From IMG/VR virus record IMGVR_UViG_3300010365_000310: a stretch of 64,000 nt of DNA; one strand, given 5' to 3'. The notes under the pieces were generated by a model. The model had not been told where the DNA came from and did no database searches. It saw only the letters and a program-made list of their open reading frames with translations. Each line of letters begins with the position of its first letter. Position 1 is the first letter of the stretch. A program made the position numbers and the translations under genes. The stretch is from an uncultured virus (IMG/VR IMGVR_UViG_3300010365_000310) (taxonomy: Duplodnaviria; Heunggongvirae; Uroviricota; Caudoviricetes). Positions 45,738 through 56,469 of the stretch are shown piece after piece.

Positions 45738-46197
45738 GATGGTTATATTCGATTGGGATGATACTTTACAAAAGAATTTGAACCCTGGAAGTTCTATTGG
45801 GATGTTTCTTAAGACGTTGTTTTATCCTTGTAATAAAGAGATGGTGAGAAGGGTTTTTGAGAGTGAAACATCAAGGATAATCACAACCAGATCTAAACTA
45901 TACACGTGGGCGATAAAGATTAAGTGTTTTTTGATAACTGGTAAATTTGCAGCATTATCTGATTTCAAAGTAGATACCATTAGTCCTTATTTCTTTTATC
46001 GACCCACCTTCAAAAAGGAAGGAGAAGATTTGCAAGACTATTTAGAACGAATATCGTATTTAAAAATATCACACGCCATGATACAAGATGTGTATGTTGG
46101 TAGGAGTCCAGGACTATATCATTACATAGATTTTGATATAGACAGGAAAGACAGAAAGGGAGAAATTTCATATGAGATACGAAGGGAGACTCAGTGA
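45697..46197 (+). CDS. HAD-like protein
   Basis: VIFDWDDTL (DxDxT), ITTR. Confidence 0.5.
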   Translation: MRSDLNRLDPRNHKMVIFDWDDTLQKNLNPGSSIGMFLKTLFYPCNKEMVRRVFESETSRIITTRSKLYTWAIKIKCFLITGKFAALSDFKVDTISPYFFYRPTFKKEGEDLQDYLERISYLKISHAMIQDVYVGRSPGLYHYIDFDIDRKDRKGEISYEIRRETQ

Positions 46198-47191
46198 TCG
46201 ATACAATCACTTGATCCTTAAGTTCTTTAACTATAACCTGATCGAGGAGCATGTGTCTATTCCAGATCTTAGATTGAAGGTATGTTTGGCTTTAGAATAT
46301 ATCAAATTTAAGACCGTGCTATCTGGTAAGAAATTGAGAATACATATTCATCCGAAAGTGGATCTTGATCAAAGATTGTCTTTGTATTACCTTAAACGAT
46401 TCATGAATATTAATGACAATCAGATTGAATTGATTAAGTGGCCGGAACTCACGGTTCTTGAAACTAAGCCGTTTGATATTGCGATTGATATTGCAGTATC
46501 CAATAGAGTTCATCACAAAGACATTCTAGTATTTGATCATCATAATGGTGAAAGTAAAAATACAATTGAACAATTACAAGCAACGATTGAACCGGATATA
46601 CCAATGAATTTGATTGATTATGTGGATTCCGGTCACGTTGAAGGATCTAATCTTTTCGAACCTCAGAATATTGCTTTCTTGAAAGATTTTAATGAAGAAA
46701 AAATAATACAGATCTTTGCAAGCAATTCTGAGTTCAAATTAATCAATCATTTTGAAGAAAAAGATTTATATAGAAAATGGAGAGAAAGAAAAAGAAAGCT
46801 CTTCAAAACTCTCAGAATTCTGGAACACCAAAACTATTTTGAAAGTTCATATGGTAACGTGGTTCTAACCATAGATAGTATTTATAATGCAAGCACTTTA
46901 GCTCTTTATCATATGGACTGTGAGTATTTCATTAACATTAGAAGTATTGAGTGGGATAAGACCATCGTATTAATTATGAGGAAAGAAGGTGATATCATTG
47001 ATCCTAAGATCATTGAAGATCTGAGATCATTAAGTGATGACATCTATGTGTATCCAACTAAAAGTATGCTTACGGTGGGTTCTTTGTATTCTAACCATAA
47101 ATATATCCATCAACCATTAAGTATGGTGTATGATAGGATAATCGAGTGTATCGGTATTAAATCAAAAGCTTTCAAAGGAGTCGCTGCTTGA
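46172..47191 (+). CDS. DHH-family phosphoesterase-like protein
   Basis: IHPKVDLD, IAIDI, VFDHH, YVDSG. Confidence 0.55.
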   Translation: MRYEGRLSDRYNHLILKFFNYNLIEEHVSIPDLRLKVCLALEYIKFKTVLSGKKLRIHIHPKVDLDQRLSLYYLKRFMNINDNQIELIKWPELTVLETKPFDIAIDIAVSNRVHHKDILVFDHHNGESKNTIEQLQATIEPDIPMNLIDYVDSGHVEGSNLFEPQNIAFLKDFNEEKIIQIFASNSEFKLINHFEEKDLYRKWRERKRKLFKTLRILEHQNYFESSYGNVVLTIDSIYNASTLALYHMDCEYFINIRSIEWDKTIVLIMRKEGDIIDPKIIEDLRSLSDDIYVYPTKSMLTVGSLYSNHKYIHQPLSMVYDRIIECIGIKSKAFKGVAA

Positions 47192-48339
47192 AGATCTTTG
47201 CTACCGCCGACAATCATCTTGGGAAAACACTTAAAATGAAAAAAGCTATGAGGGAAATGGGTATAGCCAATTTCCTCGATATTACGAATAAGGTTAAAGC
47301 GGAGGAAGTTCCCGTAGATTATGTCGTCTTCGCGGGAGATGTCTTTGATAAGGACAATACGGATGTTCAATCCAATTATGCGTACGCTAAAGTCCTTTCA
47401 GACCTTTCCGAGATTGAAACAATCAAAAAGATTCTTGTAATAACTGGTAACCATGACCAGTTCAATGATTATTTCAATATCGCGGGTATAGACATAGGGA
47501 ACATCATCAAGTCTGATAAGATTGTTATCTGTAATAAGGATGACATGTTTTATCATGATGAAACCGATGATGTTCTCTTTTGTCTCTTGCCATATAACAA
47601 GAAGCTTTTCTTAACTAATGAAGTTGGTGGTAAGATCATTATTGATAAGATTAATGATTTTATTATCAATATTATGAACAAGCCGGAATATCGAAATTCC
47701 TTTAAAATCCTTGTTAGCCATTTTGCCATTGAAGAATGGATGCCATTTGGAAGTGAGACCGTAAGCATTAAAGAACTTCGTGCTGGGTCTCACTTCGATT
47801 TGGTCATTCTTGGTGACTTGCATAATGAAGATTATCAGGATTCAAAAGAAACTCCGGTAATAACTTACACTGGTAGCACAATGCATACCAACGTAAGCGA
47901 TCTTTATAATCATAGAAACTGTGCAAAAATAATCGAAGTAGATCAGGGTGTTGTGAGTATTAATAAGGTTGAGTTTTATACACCTCCAGTTTATCTTGTA
48001 AACAAGGAGAATGTTGAAACTTTTGATAAAAAGCTGATTAACGAAAAATCAGTCATCATAACCAATGATCTTGAGATTCATAATAATGTCAAAGATAGAG
48101 TCTTATGTTCGATGTATAAGCCAGTTGTGAATACAAGTGGCGACATCATTGAAACCATAACCGAAGATCAGGATCTAGAAACGTTGGATGTGAAACAAGT
48201 GGCTATTCAAAAAATTGATTCGGATCTCACTATTAATGATGAAACTAAAAAGTTTTTAAAATTCATGGTGAACCTGGATGTAGATTCTAATTCCAAAAAA
48301 GACATAGCCGACATGGTCTATAAAGAAATCATGGGGTGA
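47188..48339 (+). CDS. Mre11/SbcD (gp47-like) nuclease
   Basis: ADNHLG, AGDVFD, GNHD, SH, LGDLH, YTGS. Confidence 0.9.
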   Translation: MKIFATADNHLGKTLKMKKAMREMGIANFLDITNKVKAEEVPVDYVVFAGDVFDKDNTDVQSNYAYAKVLSDLSEIETIKKILVITGNHDQFNDYFNIAGIDIGNIIKSDKIVICNKDDMFYHDETDDVLFCLLPYNKKLFLTNEVGGKIIIDKINDFIINIMNKPEYRNSFKILVSHFAIEEWMPFGSETVSIKELRAGSHFDLVILGDLHNEDYQDSKETPVITYTGSTMHTNVSDLYNHRNCAKIIEVDQGVVSINKVEFYTPPVYLVNKENVETFDKKLINEKSVIITNDLEIHNNVKDRVLCSMYKPVVNTSGDIIETITEDQDLETLDVKQVAIQKIDSDLTINDETKKFLKFMVNLDVDSNSKKDIADMVYKEIMG

Positions 48340-48342
48340 GCA

Positions 48343-48573
48343 ATGGATGATGAAAAAACACTATCGGAACACTTAAATGAGTTGAAGGACTTTCAATATG
48401 AATCTTATGGTTACCCGGCTTTTATCTTGTTTTGCACTGATAATAAGTGGCATGCTTGCTTTAGAAATCCTCGAATCGTAATGCAATCCGGTATTGGTTC
48501 TACCCCCGAAGAAGCTTGTAAAAAACTCATTGAATATCTGAAAAAGGAAGACAAATGGAACTCGAAAAAATAA
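48343..48573 (+). CDS. Small hypothetical protein
   Basis: Sits between the Mre11 and Rad50 genes; GSTPEEA motif. Confidence 0.5.
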   Translation: MDDEKTLSEHLNELKDFQYESYGYPAFILFCTDNKWHACFRNPRIVMQSGIGSTPEEACKKLIEYLKKEDKWNSKK

Positions 48574-51146
48574 GACTTTATAACATTAAGCAACATAAAG
48601 ATTTGACTTGCGATTTCAAAAATGCCACAACAATGATACTTGGTGCTAATGGTTCCGGTAAATCTACAATCGTTGAATCACTATTTTATCTTTTCTTCAG
48701 GGAGCTTTTGGTTGCTAATGTTAACCAGATGATCAATGAAGATATTATCTCCGGAGGGGAAGATGGCACTACTGTTAAGTATTTGGATAAGGCTTTTGTT
48801 GAAGGTTGGTTTTCTCATCTTGGTGTTAAGTATCATCTTATCAGCGGTATAGCAAAGTGTAATTCGACTCTTGAAACCTATAATGAAGAAACTCAACAAT
48901 GGGTTGAAAAGTCAAACAAGATCAATGATATTTATGCATACCTGAAGGAAAATATCTTCGATGGTATCTCGTCTGATTACTTCATTAATACAATATATAC
49001 AGAACAGATGGGCATTCTTAAACTCGTTGGTAAAACTGAAGGCGAACGTCAAAAGGAATTTGATAAGCTCATTGGTATTGAGCAGTTTCAAACCTTGTAT
49101 GAATGCCTTGGTAAACCATACACAGAATTGAATAAAGCTTGCAGAAATGATCTTGTTGAATTGCAAAATAACAAGAAAGAAAAACAGGATCGTATCTTTG
49201 CATTGAAACAAGAACAGGAAACCATTAAAACCGAGATACTCAGTCTCAAAGAAGAATTGGCCAAACTAGAAGAAAGAAGCCTCAAATTTAAAGAAGGTAT
49301 TGAAGCTGCGGATACGGAATATCAATTGGTCTATCATGATTATGTTGGAGCTAATTCCAACGCAACCATTCTGACTCAGTTGGAAGAGGAAGCGGCAGCA
49401 CTTCAAATATCCATTGATAAAATCACTAGCGAGACCAACTTCGAGAAAGAAAAACAAGAGCTGGAATCTTTGGTGGCTGAATTACATACTATTTACACAA
49501 AAATTACTAACGAAGCTACTGGTTTGAATAATTACTGGCAAGCAAAGTTGAATGAGCTTGAACGCAAATTGCTTGTAATTCAAGACGATTTGCATTCAAT
49601 GGATATCATTTCGATTCATGAAAAGACCTTGACCGAAAATGAAATTGAAATGCAAAATCTTGAAGCAACCATAGTATCATCTGAGCCAACTCTAAATAAA
49701 TTGGAGCAGACCAAGGATAAATACGAAGAGGAAATAAGTGAGTATTCCAAAAAGATTCAGTTAAAAGAATCTGAGGAAAATCGTTTAAGACTTGAAATGG
49801 GTCTTATTATTAAAGCATATGAAAATGATAACTTTGATAAGACATCTGTTGAATCATTCATTTGTGGTAATGATGATAACATTGAGTTGGGTGACGGTAT
49901 TAAATGTGGATATTGTTTTTCGGTTCTTTCAAAAGATAAGATCAAAGAAAAACTGGAAGATGATAGAAACACATACAATAATAAAGAAGCTATGGCTAAT
50001 GCTTTGGAAGGCGAGCTTCTCACGCTTCGAGAAGAGTTGCTTTTGGTTAAAGAATCAGCCAAGCTTAATCTTGATGACTTAAGTCAACTTAAGAATAAAG
50101 TAAACTATTCCAGAAAGATGCTTGATGAGAAAACTCAAAAAGTTTCTAAGCTCAAAACCGAGTTGAGCATTCAAAAGTCCAAACTTAAAAATCAGGTTAG
50201 CAAAACCGAATTGGATTCTTGGAATATTGACACCAAAGAAGAAATTAAACTTATCAAGAATAATCCCGAATGGCCTACAATTAAGAATTATGCAACTGCT
50301 AATCATTCGGATTTGAACTTATGCGATATTAAAAAATTAATGATAGACATAGAAGATTATCAAAACAAGAGAACTCTTTATGATAATAAGACAAAACATT
50401 ACCAGGACACTGCTCAGAAGTTTATCCAAATACAAGATACAATTAAAAACAGTAAAGCAAAAGCTCAGGCCACAAAAGATTCAATATTTGAAGTGTTAAA
50501 TCGTTATGCAAAGAAAACCATTAGCGAGCTTTATGCATATGTACAAGCTAAACATGAAACCGTTAATCGGTTGAAAATAGATCAGGGCACTTTTCAAAAA
50601 GATCTTGATTTGAACACCGCCATGACTTCATCCAAAAATCAATTGATCGCCAAACTCAACTCTGATATTGAATATTTGGAAAGCGGCGTCGCAACCATTG
50701 ATGAAATCATCAAGAAGGATGAAATTGTTCAAAAGAAATTGAATATACTCAATGTAGCTAAAACCTATTTCAAACAGGATGGTCTTGCTAAACATATCAG
50801 AAAGTTCTATATTGATAAACTCAATGCAAGCATGTCATCCTACGTTCATTTATTCAACTTTGGATTCTTACCTCAGATTGATGAAACTGCCGGTATTGTA
50901 AAATACTGGAAGTATTCCGGCGGCCAAAAGATTGCCATCGCAATTCTGATGAAGATCATACTTAATTTCATCTTGAAGAATCCGATCAAAATGTTGATAC
51001 TCGATGAACCTACTCCATATATGGACACAGAAAGAGTTGAAGCTATTCGAGATTTGATTGATAGAATTAAAAATATTCTACAGGTTATCGTTATTACTCA
51101 TGATGTTGAATTTATGAATATTGAATGCAATAAAATTTTGATGTGA
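48555..51146 (+). CDS. Rad50/SbcC (gp46-like) ATPase
   Basis: GANGSGKST, coiled coils, CGYC zinc hook, YSGGQ, LILDEP, ITHD. Confidence 0.93.
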   Translation: MELEKIRLYNIKQHKDLTCDFKNATTMILGANGSGKSTIVESLFYLFFRELLVANVNQMINEDIISGGEDGTTVKYLDKAFVEGWFSHLGVKYHLISGIAKCNSTLETYNEETQQWVEKSNKINDIYAYLKENIFDGISSDYFINTIYTEQMGILKLVGKTEGERQKEFDKLIGIEQFQTLYECLGKPYTELNKACRNDLVELQNNKKEKQDRIFALKQEQETIKTEILSLKEELAKLEERSLKFKEGIEAADTEYQLVYHDYVGANSNATILTQLEEEAAALQISIDKITSETNFEKEKQELESLVAELHTIYTKITNEATGLNNYWQAKLNELERKLLVIQDDLHSMDIISIHEKTLTENEIEMQNLEATIVSSEPTLNKLEQTKDKYEEEISEYSKKIQLKESEENRLRLEMGLIIKAYENDNFDKTSVESFICGNDDNIELGDGIKCGYCFSVLSKDKIKEKLEDDRNTYNNKEAMANALEGELLTLREELLLVKESAKLNLDDLSQLKNKVNYSRKMLDEKTQKVSKLKTELSIQKSKLKNQVSKTELDSWNIDTKEEIKLIKNNPEWPTIKNYATANHSDLNLCDIKKLMIDIEDYQNKRTLYDNKTKHYQDTAQKFIQIQDTIKNSKAKAQATKDSIFEVLNRYAKKTISELYAYVQAKHETVNRLKIDQGTFQKDLDLNTAMTSSKNQLIAKLNSDIEYLESGVATIDEIIKKDEIVQKKLNILNVAKTYFKQDGLAKHIRKFYIDKLNASMSSYVHLFNFGFLPQIDETAGIVKYWKYSGGQKIAIAILMKIILNFILKNPIKMLILDEPTPYMDTERVEAIRDLIDRIKNILQVIVITHDVEFMNIECNKILM

Positions 51147-51154
51147 GGTGTTTT

Positions 51155-52126
51155 ATGAAGAAATTTCCAAAAGTGTTTAAATTCTGTGGCGACTTTGGTA
51201 AGCATGTTAACATTCTTAGAACGGCCAATTTTTATAATTTTGATGTTTTCATTCATGCAATTGGTGTGAAATTTCCCATAACCGTTTACTTTAAAGATAG
51301 TGATCCTGGTGTGATTTATGCTAAATATGATTCGATTATCAGGAAGACTAAATGTGACGAATCAGAGAAATATAATCTCATCAAGGGTATCAGAATTGTC
51401 ACTGCTAAAGTGGTTAGAGCCGTTTTGGCTGCTCTTAAAGCTATCGGAAAAATGGATTATGACCAAGTTTCCAAATTCTATAATAGAGTGAATGAAGCTC
51501 ATAAAAATATCATTTCACAAATCGAGTACATGAAGAAAGGTAAGACTGAAACTGATGCTAAAGAAAAGATGGTTGATCAAATCAAAGAATATGTCACGGA
51601 GGAACGAACACCAATGAATAAAAAATCCAAGAAATATAAAAGTCCCAGACTCTTCAAGATTGTTGGTAATGTGTATGAAGCCGGAAAAATTTTGATGGAT
51701 TGTGATTTTAATAAGAAAAAGGCAGTATGGCAACTCATGGTTAATGTTCCAATCATGAATAGAGTCATCGTCGTTGAAATCACATATAGTTCAAAGAAAC
51801 GCATGATTGTGACCAGATGCGGTATTGGTGTTTGGACATATGATGCAAGGTCGGTTTGCCACCCCGAAGATGATTTTGATTTTGAAAAGGGGTTACGTTT
51901 GTGCATTGCCAGATTGGTTAAAAGTATTCTATCAACTGAACGATCTGAAGATTTAAAAATGATTAAGGCATTGACTGCAAAATCTGCAAGGTATAAAGAT
52001 GCTATGAATGGCCTGAATACAAAGTATCATCTTCTTAGTAGTAAAGATCATACTGCTAAAAAAGAAACCAAAACAGAACTGGAAGTTAAAGAAGCACCGG
52101 AGGCTGTGAACCATGCCGAATTCTGA
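51155..52126 (+). CDS. Hypothetical protein with internally duplicated domain
   Basis: Two related C...(D/E).(F/Y)....G.R segments. Confidence 0.6.
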   Translation: MKKFPKVFKFCGDFGKHVNILRTANFYNFDVFIHAIGVKFPITVYFKDSDPGVIYAKYDSIIRKTKCDESEKYNLIKGIRIVTAKVVRAVLAALKAIGKMDYDQVSKFYNRVNEAHKNIISQIEYMKKGKTETDAKEKMVDQIKEYVTEERTPMNKKSKKYKSPRLFKIVGNVYEAGKILMDCDFNKKKAVWQLMVNVPIMNRVIVVEITYSSKKRMIVTRCGIGVWTYDARSVCHPEDDFDFEKGLRLCIARLVKSILSTERSEDLKMIKALTAKSARYKDAMNGLNTKYHLLSSKDHTAKKETKTELEVKEAPEAVNHAEF

Positions 52127-52664
52127 ATACAGACTTTCATATGAAAAACCCGGTCAGATCAACTTAATCAAAGGTACGAAGTTTGATGAACGATTGAAGC
52201 TTGTTAATGAATATATTCATTTCAATACAGGTGACCAGGCGTGGAGATTCAATGTTGATAATGAAATTAAAACGATTGAAATATATCCAGCTGAAGTGGT
52301 AAAAGGTTTCGGAACACTTTTTCCGAAAGTAGCTCGTTTTAAAATATGGGAAAATTCATACTCAGATGTGATATACCCAGGCAAGATTGAAAAGATTCAT
52401 ATTGACACCCGAGTACGAAGTTGTTCTTATGGTGATATTGATACTTCTTTTGATGTCGGATGGGAGAATATCGCGTCTCTATCCAAAGATATGAATTTTG
52501 CCCCGAGTAAACGAGCACAATTTCATACACGCCAAGCAACTATACTATGGCTATTTTGGAAAGAATATATCTCAGGTATAAGAAACATGGTGCAATGCCA
52601 ATATTTAAACCGGAAGCCCCTAGACTTAATATGGATCCAGTCAAATATATCGATTATGATCTAG
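52113..52664 (+). CDS. Hypothetical protein
   Basis: GGAGG RBS, ORF track. Confidence 0.5.
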   Translation: MPNSEYRLSYEKPGQINLIKGTKFDERLKLVNEYIHFNTGDQAWRFNVDNEIKTIEIYPAEVVKGFGTLFPKVARFKIWENSYSDVIYPGKIEKIHIDTRVRSCSYGDIDTSFDVGWENIASLSKDMNFAPSKRAQFHTRQATILWLFWKEYISGIRNMVQCQYLNRKPLDLIWIQSNISIMI

Positions 52665-52957
52665 ATGATGATTGTGAAATACATAATCTTGATGGGTATG
52701 ATGATTGGTTAGTGTTTTGCAAAACGGAACCAAATAAGTTTTTTATGGTTCGAAGCTACACTGATGCAACTAAATTACTCGCTAAATTAAAATATGATGG
52801 TATGATAAATAACTTCATTTGCGGCACGGCCCTGTTTGAAGATTATTATTTTATGCCAATATGCTATTCTAGTTTGGGTTATGATAGTAAAACTAAAATG
52901 GTTGAATTGCGCAATCCTAAAGAAAACATTATCAACTACCTTGAATTGTTGAAATGA
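52547..52957 (+). CDS. Hypothetical protein (start uncertain)
   Basis: ORF track; ATGA overlap with next gene. Confidence 0.45.
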   Translation: MAILERIYLRYKKHGAMPIFKPEAPRLNMDPVKYIDYDLDDDCEIHNLDGYDDWLVFCKTEPNKFFMVRSYTDATKLLAKLKYDGMINNFICGTALFEDYYFMPICYSSLGYDSKTKMVELRNPKENIINYLELLK

Positions 52958-53535
52958 AATATTATGCTGGTATTGGTTCCAGACAAACACCTGGGACGAT
53001 TCTAAATGTAATGAAAGATGTTGCTTTTTATCTATCTTTAGATAATTACGTTCTTAGATCTGGTGCAGCGTCTGGAGCCGATACGGCATTCGAAGAAGGT
53101 TGTGACCGAATTTTCGGGGAGAAGGAGATCTATTTGCCTTCTCCCCGATTCAACAACAGCCTCTCGGAATTGTATATTATTTCGGAGGCTGCTAAAGAAG
53201 TTGCAAAATCTTTCCATCCAAACTTTAATGGTTTGAGCGATTATGCTAAGTTATTGATGTCTAGAAACTCATATCAAGTTTTGGGTAAAGATTTAAATAG
53301 TCCATCACTCTTTGTGATATGTTGGACGGATGATGGATCTGATGGTATTCATGTTAAAACAAGTGGTAAAACTGGCGGTACTGGACAGGCTATAAGAATA
53401 GCAAACCATTATGGTATCCCAGTTCATAATTTAAGGAACGAAAAAGTTTTAGAATATTGGAGTGAATGGTTGAAGCAAACTGAAAAATATTTTCATGATC
53501 GTTATTATAATCCACCAGCATGGAAGCAAGAATGA
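52954..53535 (+). CDS. DprA/SLOG-like protein
   Basis: YAGIGSR, LRSGAASGAD, RN, GGTGQAIRIA. Confidence 0.8.
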   Translation: MKYYAGIGSRQTPGTILNVMKDVAFYLSLDNYVLRSGAASGADTAFEEGCDRIFGEKEIYLPSPRFNNSLSELYIISEAAKEVAKSFHPNFNGLSDYAKLLMSRNSYQVLGKDLNSPSLFVICWTDDGSDGIHVKTSGKTGGTGQAIRIANHYGIPVHNLRNEKVLEYWSEWLKQTEKYFHDRYYNPPAWKQE

Positions 53536-54332
53536 AGCATAAAAGTTCAGCAGCATATCTTTTGGGTAAATATAACAATACCAATTACTATTCCAAAGAA
53601 GAACAATTGAAACTGATAGCTAAAGCTCAGAAGGGGTGCATCAAATCAAGAAACGCTTTAATAGGAAGTGTTATCAGATACATCATAATGCATGCGGGTA
53701 AATATGCAAGGAAGTCTGGACTTGATTTGGATGAATTGATATCTGAAGGGATCGTAGGAGCCATAGATGCAATAAGATGTTTTGATCTTAATGTTAATAA
53801 TAATTTTTTGACATATGCAGCTTATTGGATTATACGAGGATTTCGTGAGCATAAATATTCAAGTAAAGCATTAAGGACGCCAAAGAATGTCTCAATAGAG
53901 ATAGAAAGATTTTCCAGAGATCTTTTACTTGGTAATGATATAACGAAGTATCCGGATTTAATAAGAAAAGCATATCATCAAAGTTCGGTTCTATTTTTAG
54001 ATGCACCTGCAAAAAACTCAAAAGGTCGTTGTAAAGAAAATTTTGCATTAAAAGAAACTTTAATACACCCCGAAAGCGTTGAATATATAGAGAAAATTAT
54101 AGATGATCACGATTCAAAAACCTTGATTAAAAAACTCATAGTTGGTTTTAAGAAACGCAATCAAACCATATTAGCCATGAGATTTGGTTTAAGTCCATTC
54201 AAGAGGCCCCACACTCTAGAGGAAATTGGTAAGACTTATGGTTTAACGAGAGAAGCAATTCGATTACAGATAAACCGTTGTTTAGATAAATTAAAACGAA
54301 AATTTGAAGAAAGAGGCATTTGTAAAAAATGA
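53532..54332 (+). CDS. Sigma-70 family factor
   Basis: Region 2 DELISEG..G...A...FD...FLTYAAYWI; region 4 HTLEEIG..YGLTRE.IR. Confidence 0.92.
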   Translation: MKHKSSAAYLLGKYNNTNYYSKEEQLKLIAKAQKGCIKSRNALIGSVIRYIIMHAGKYARKSGLDLDELISEGIVGAIDAIRCFDLNVNNNFLTYAAYWIIRGFREHKYSSKALRTPKNVSIEIERFSRDLLLGNDITKYPDLIRKAYHQSSVLFLDAPAKNSKGRCKENFALKETLIHPESVEYIEKIIDDHDSKTLIKKLIVGFKKRNQTILAMRFGLSPFKRPHTLEEIGKTYGLTREAIRLQINRCLDKLKRKFEERGICKK

Positions 54333-56322
54333 ATCCAAGAATCTACCCTGATCTTAGTAATATGATCTACGATGCATTCATCAAAAACACCACGGTTGAA
54401 ATTTTGATGTATGATCTAGAGCCTCACAAAGAATATTATGCACATGATTTCGGCAAAGTTGAATCCGAAAAAATTGAAGAGATATATAATACTTTGAGTC
54501 CAGTTTTTAAAACTATTGGAAAATTAAAATTTAATAATTTCAGGTGCAGCATCACACCGAATGAGACACAATATAAATCTCAAAAGAAAGAATTGTTACT
54601 CACTATTATTCGAATTGACAGTGGTGGAGAAAATTGTTTTTGGAGTGAGTGCATGGTGGTATATTCCTCGCCAACGCGTGAAATAATCCTCGGGAGGCAA
54701 GAATGAGTTTGTCAGCAACTAAAAAATTAAACGCAGAAAAGAAAAAGGAAGCTTTCAGATTGATGAAAGCATTTCCTGATAAGTTTTCAGTAACTACTCT
54801 AGCATTAAGATTACATGCATGTGAATCCACCGTAAGACCTTGGTTTAATGAATTTATGAAAAAGGAAAAGAAAAGTGAAACAACTAATTGATGGTAGTCA
54901 GGTTCCAGCTAGATTATTCTATTATCTCTTAGACTTTAAAGATCTTGATACTGATTTCTTTTTCCAAAAGACTTTCTTTAAACAACAACTTTGTACTGCT
55001 AATAAAGAAGAGTTCTATCAATATTTTGAATATGCTACCAAAAAAGATCTCGAAAGATTGAAAGAAGGCAAATCATGAGTGAATCAGTATTTACTAAAGA
55101 AGTCATTCAAGCTAAAATGGAAATCGTATTTGAAAGCATGAGAAAAGATTTTCCAAGCATGACCGTTGGGGATCTACAAACGATTGCTATGTTTATGGAA
55201 CGTTTGAAAAAGGAATTGAAACCCAAGAACATCTATCAAGAAAATGGTTATCAAAGTCGGAAGGAGTATCTTGATTGCCTAGCTGATGAGTATGCCGTGC
55301 CAAGGCAAATTGTATACACAATGGCTACAACTCTAGGTCCGAGTGAGGACTTCGACGGTCTCGTATCAGGGTTGCAGGATATCGAAGGGGATTATGATGA
55401 AGATGATATTATCGAAGATTATTAAAGGGATAATTGATGTTCATTAAATTCTTGATGCTATGTCTTTTTGTTGTATATAAAATTTTTACTTACTTACTCC
55501 TATGTGATATGAATGCAACCGACAGATTTGTTAAATCCCAGGTATATGATATTGCATTCATGTTTATCGTTATCTTGTTAATGTTCTAAGGAGATACTAT
55601 ATGCCTAAAACCACAAAAGATAGACTTGAAGAATTAACCAAATCCGATGATATAATCATTAAAGAAAAAGCAATTAAGGACATTGAAATCTGTAAACAAT
55701 GTCCGGATTTTGAAAAGTGCACTGATTGCGATGATACTCCCTGGGAATGGTGGAAACATATGACTTTGAATGTTGCTAAACCTAAGCCAAATTTGGATTT
55801 AGATGAAGATCGTGATGTTGTTATTTTAGTACCATTCAAAGACCAACGACCAACTGAGTAGAAAGATAAAACAGATGTTTTGTCAACAGTGTTATAAAAA
55901 TAAATCCCATTATGCCAGAATATTGAGAGATGATACCTTTTGCATCTGTAAGGAATGTGCACTAAGCAATTCAAAAAATCCGAATACAGTCGGACACTTG
56001 TTATTTGAACTGAACTATTTAACATACACCAAAAGAGATGGGGCAGACCGGGCATTATATCTTTCTTTTGAAACGTTATGAAAAAGAATTACCATACATT
56101 GATTTTAATAATAAGAACCCTGGAAATGTAATTATTGATTTCATTAAGTCATTCAGGCAAACTGACGTTATAGAAGAAGAAAATGTTACGGTGTTGATGG
56201 ATTCCATTCTTCATACCTTATTGAATGCAAGGAATGAGATATTGTATAAAGCTTTGACCAGAATACAATCATGTGTGGGTATATGTCAATTACAAGAATT
56301 CGAGGAAAATGATTTTTTATGA
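54329..56322 (+). other. Run of about 8 small hypothetical ORFs
   Basis: Tightly packed + strand ORFs at 54329, 54703 (HTH-like), 54875, 55075, 55601, 55875 and 56038. Confidence 0.55.
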
Positions 56323-56469
56323 AAACTGATAATGAAATGCAAACTACTAAATTAATTGAAGGTAAAATACCTATTGGTTGTGTATGTCCGTTTAAAGATA
56401 AGTGTGTAATTCTCGGGGAGTCACAAAAGTGTGGCTCCCCATTTTTCACGTTCAAAAGGAAAGTTCAAA

